Assembly (NCBI GenBank): GCA_044892505.1
Contig: CM097882.1
Location: 284,642,001-284,706,000, forward strand
Reading direction: 5' to 3'
Length of the DNA stretch: 64,000 bases
Origin: Schmidtea nova
Taxonomy: Eukaryota
Made by a program: the position numbers and the translations under genes. Below are positions 62,121 through 64,000 of the stretch, in pieces; the stretch's first letter is position 1, and each line of letters starts with the position of its first letter. The notes beneath the pieces are model-generated. The model was not told where the DNA came from. It ran no database searches and saw only the letters and a list, made by a program, of their open reading frames with translations.

Positions 62121-64000
62121 CATTAATATTATCATTAATTATCATTATTCATTATTTTATTATTATCATTAATATTGTTTTTATTATTATTAATAATAAN
62201 NNNNNNNNNNNNNNNNNNNNNNNNNNNNNNNNNNNNNNNNNNNNNNNNNNNNNNNNNNNNNNNNNNNNNNNNNNNNNNNNNNNNNNNNNNNNNNNNNNNN
62301 NNNNNNNNNNNNNNNNNNNNNNNNNNNNNNNNATAAATCTATCAATAATAGTTATTGATAGATTTGACTAAGAGAATATATGATGGGGACACTTTTATTA
62401 TTATTAAAGTTACAATTAATATTATTGTTCTTATTTTTCTTATTATTACTATTTTTATTCTTTTAATAATTAATCAATATCTTTTATTATTAGATTTGAC
62501 TGGGAAAAGCCGGAGAGGACAATGACAAGAAAACTTTAATATTTTATTATACATATTAATAAATGAGGGTTGGGGGGGTTGTTATCCCTTATTTTATTTT
62601 TTAAATGAAGCATGCTAGTCATTGTGGTGGATGACCGTTATCCAACCTAATGGGAGGCCTCTGCGATGATTGAGAATGTTTGTGTACATATTAATTAATT
62701 TCGGTCATAGTGTCTATGACGATAACTTGCCGGCACATTCATGGCGTATGAAACACTACGTTGTGGATGATGTCTTGGTAGCTGGCTACCCTTGCTTATC
62801 TGAGACGTGATCGCTATAGATAGCGAACTATTGATGCCCAGGTCCTATTGACCCCACTTTGGGGGAGGCACCGACGACCCTTGTGGACGCGATTACTTGC
62901 CCAGCGTGTCTTTTAGGCACAGGCATTTAATCACCGCTCTTTAGGACTGGCAATATTAAGCACTTGTTCTTCATCTTGTCTTCTCTTTCCTTGATAGATA
63001 TTAATAATATTAAATTTTTTAAGCAAAAAATACAAATAATAAAGTTATAATAATTATTATTTTGTTTTCTATTTTATTTTTCACAATATGAGCTAAATTA
63101 TTTAAATTAAATAAAATAATTTCATATATAAAGTATTTAATTTGACTTTAAATATTTTCATATATGACATACTTTATTTAAATTAAATAAAAATCTTTTC
63201 ATATATCACATACTTAATATATAAAGTACTTTATTTGACTTTACTTAATTTACATTAAATAAAAATATTTTTCATATATTAAGTACATAATTTTGTATTT
63301 TTAACACCACTTGAAAAACAAAATGGCCGACAATATTTTGATTTTTAACACCACTTGAAAAACAAAATGGCTGATTCAAAATGGCCGATTCAAAATGGCC
63401 GACAATATTTTGATTTTTAACACCACTTGACAAACAAAATGGCCGATTCAAAATGGCCGACAATATTTTGATTTTTAACACCACTTGAAAAACAAAATGG
63501 CCGATTCAAAATGGCCGACAATATTTTGATTTTTAACACCACTTGAAAAACAAAATGGCCGATTCAAAATGGCCGACAATATTTTGATTTTTAACACCAC
63601 TTGAAAAACAAAATGGCCGATTCAAAATGGCCGACAATATTTTGATTTTTAACACTACTTGAAAAACAAAATGGCCGATTCAAAATGGCCGACAATATTT
63701 TGATTTTTAACACCACTTGAAAAACAAAATGGCCGATTCAAAATGGCCGACAATATTTTGATTTTTAACACCACTTGAAAAACAAAATGGACGATTCAAA
63801 ATGGCCGACAATATTTTGATTTTTAACACCACTTGACCTTGAAATTCAAAATGGCGTAGAAATTTAACCTTAAAATTCAAAATGGCGTACAAAATTAACT
63901 TTAAAATTCAAAATGGCGTACAAAATTAACTTTAAAATTCAAAATGGCGTACAAAATTAACTTTAAAATTCAAAATGGCGTAAAGTTTTGTCCTTAAAAT
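59593..64000 (-). repeat. Right arm of the giant inverted duplication (continues beyond the window)
   Basis: Reverse complement of 53794-58125. Confidence 0.97.
60626..61109 (+). pseudogene. Fibronectin type III repeat gene fragment with 32 and 50 nt introns and in-frame TAA/TAG
   Basis: IIQPQNKYRFRVHAFF...SIWTNPV (FN3 F-G strands), then ESDQVLVHWSY...*LNTFRILYRQV (next FN3, B and C strands). Confidence 0.6.

Noticed and set aside
55350-62371. Long ORFs containing X, and poly-L/I/Y ORFs
   Set aside because: These are artefacts of N runs and (AAT)n tracts. The N runs sit at mirror positions in both arms with slightly different lengths (142/133 and 283/289), so they look like masked low-complexity sequence; their content cannot be assessed.

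Overview
Strongly AT-rich eukaryotic (animal) genomic DNA with very short GT-AG introns (mostly 42-55 nt). A reduced or parasitic metazoan such as an orthonectid or myxozoan is inferred, not proven. The one complete, intact host gene is a 10-exon poly(rC)-binding protein gene (PCBP/mub-like, three KH domains) on the minus strand (12966-34732); two of its introns are 12.9 kb and 6.9 kb and filled with transposons. A TMEM64-like exon and two exons of an uncharacterised gene are also visible. Most other sequence is decayed mobile DNA: two full-length degenerate Gypsy elements, a BEL/Pao fragment whose Gag begins with a ubiquitin domain, a Penelope-like relic with three minimal hammerhead ribozyme motifs, mariner, hAT and piggyBac-type remnants, and a dispersed LTR-like family. 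There are also intronless host-gene fragments (actin, and TOP2 joined directly to SF3B1). The last ~10 kb is a near-perfect inverted duplication with arms of at least 4.3 kb (the right arm runs off the window) around a 1467 bp spacer. It carries GCCATTTTG tandem arrays, a hairpin-rich GC island, an FN3-domain gene and a Bcl-2-family gene whose frames are intact but contain TAA/TAG stops, and four repeated modules in the spacer. No rRNA, tRNA or CRISPR array was found. All homology calls are from motif recognition by eye, not from database searches.
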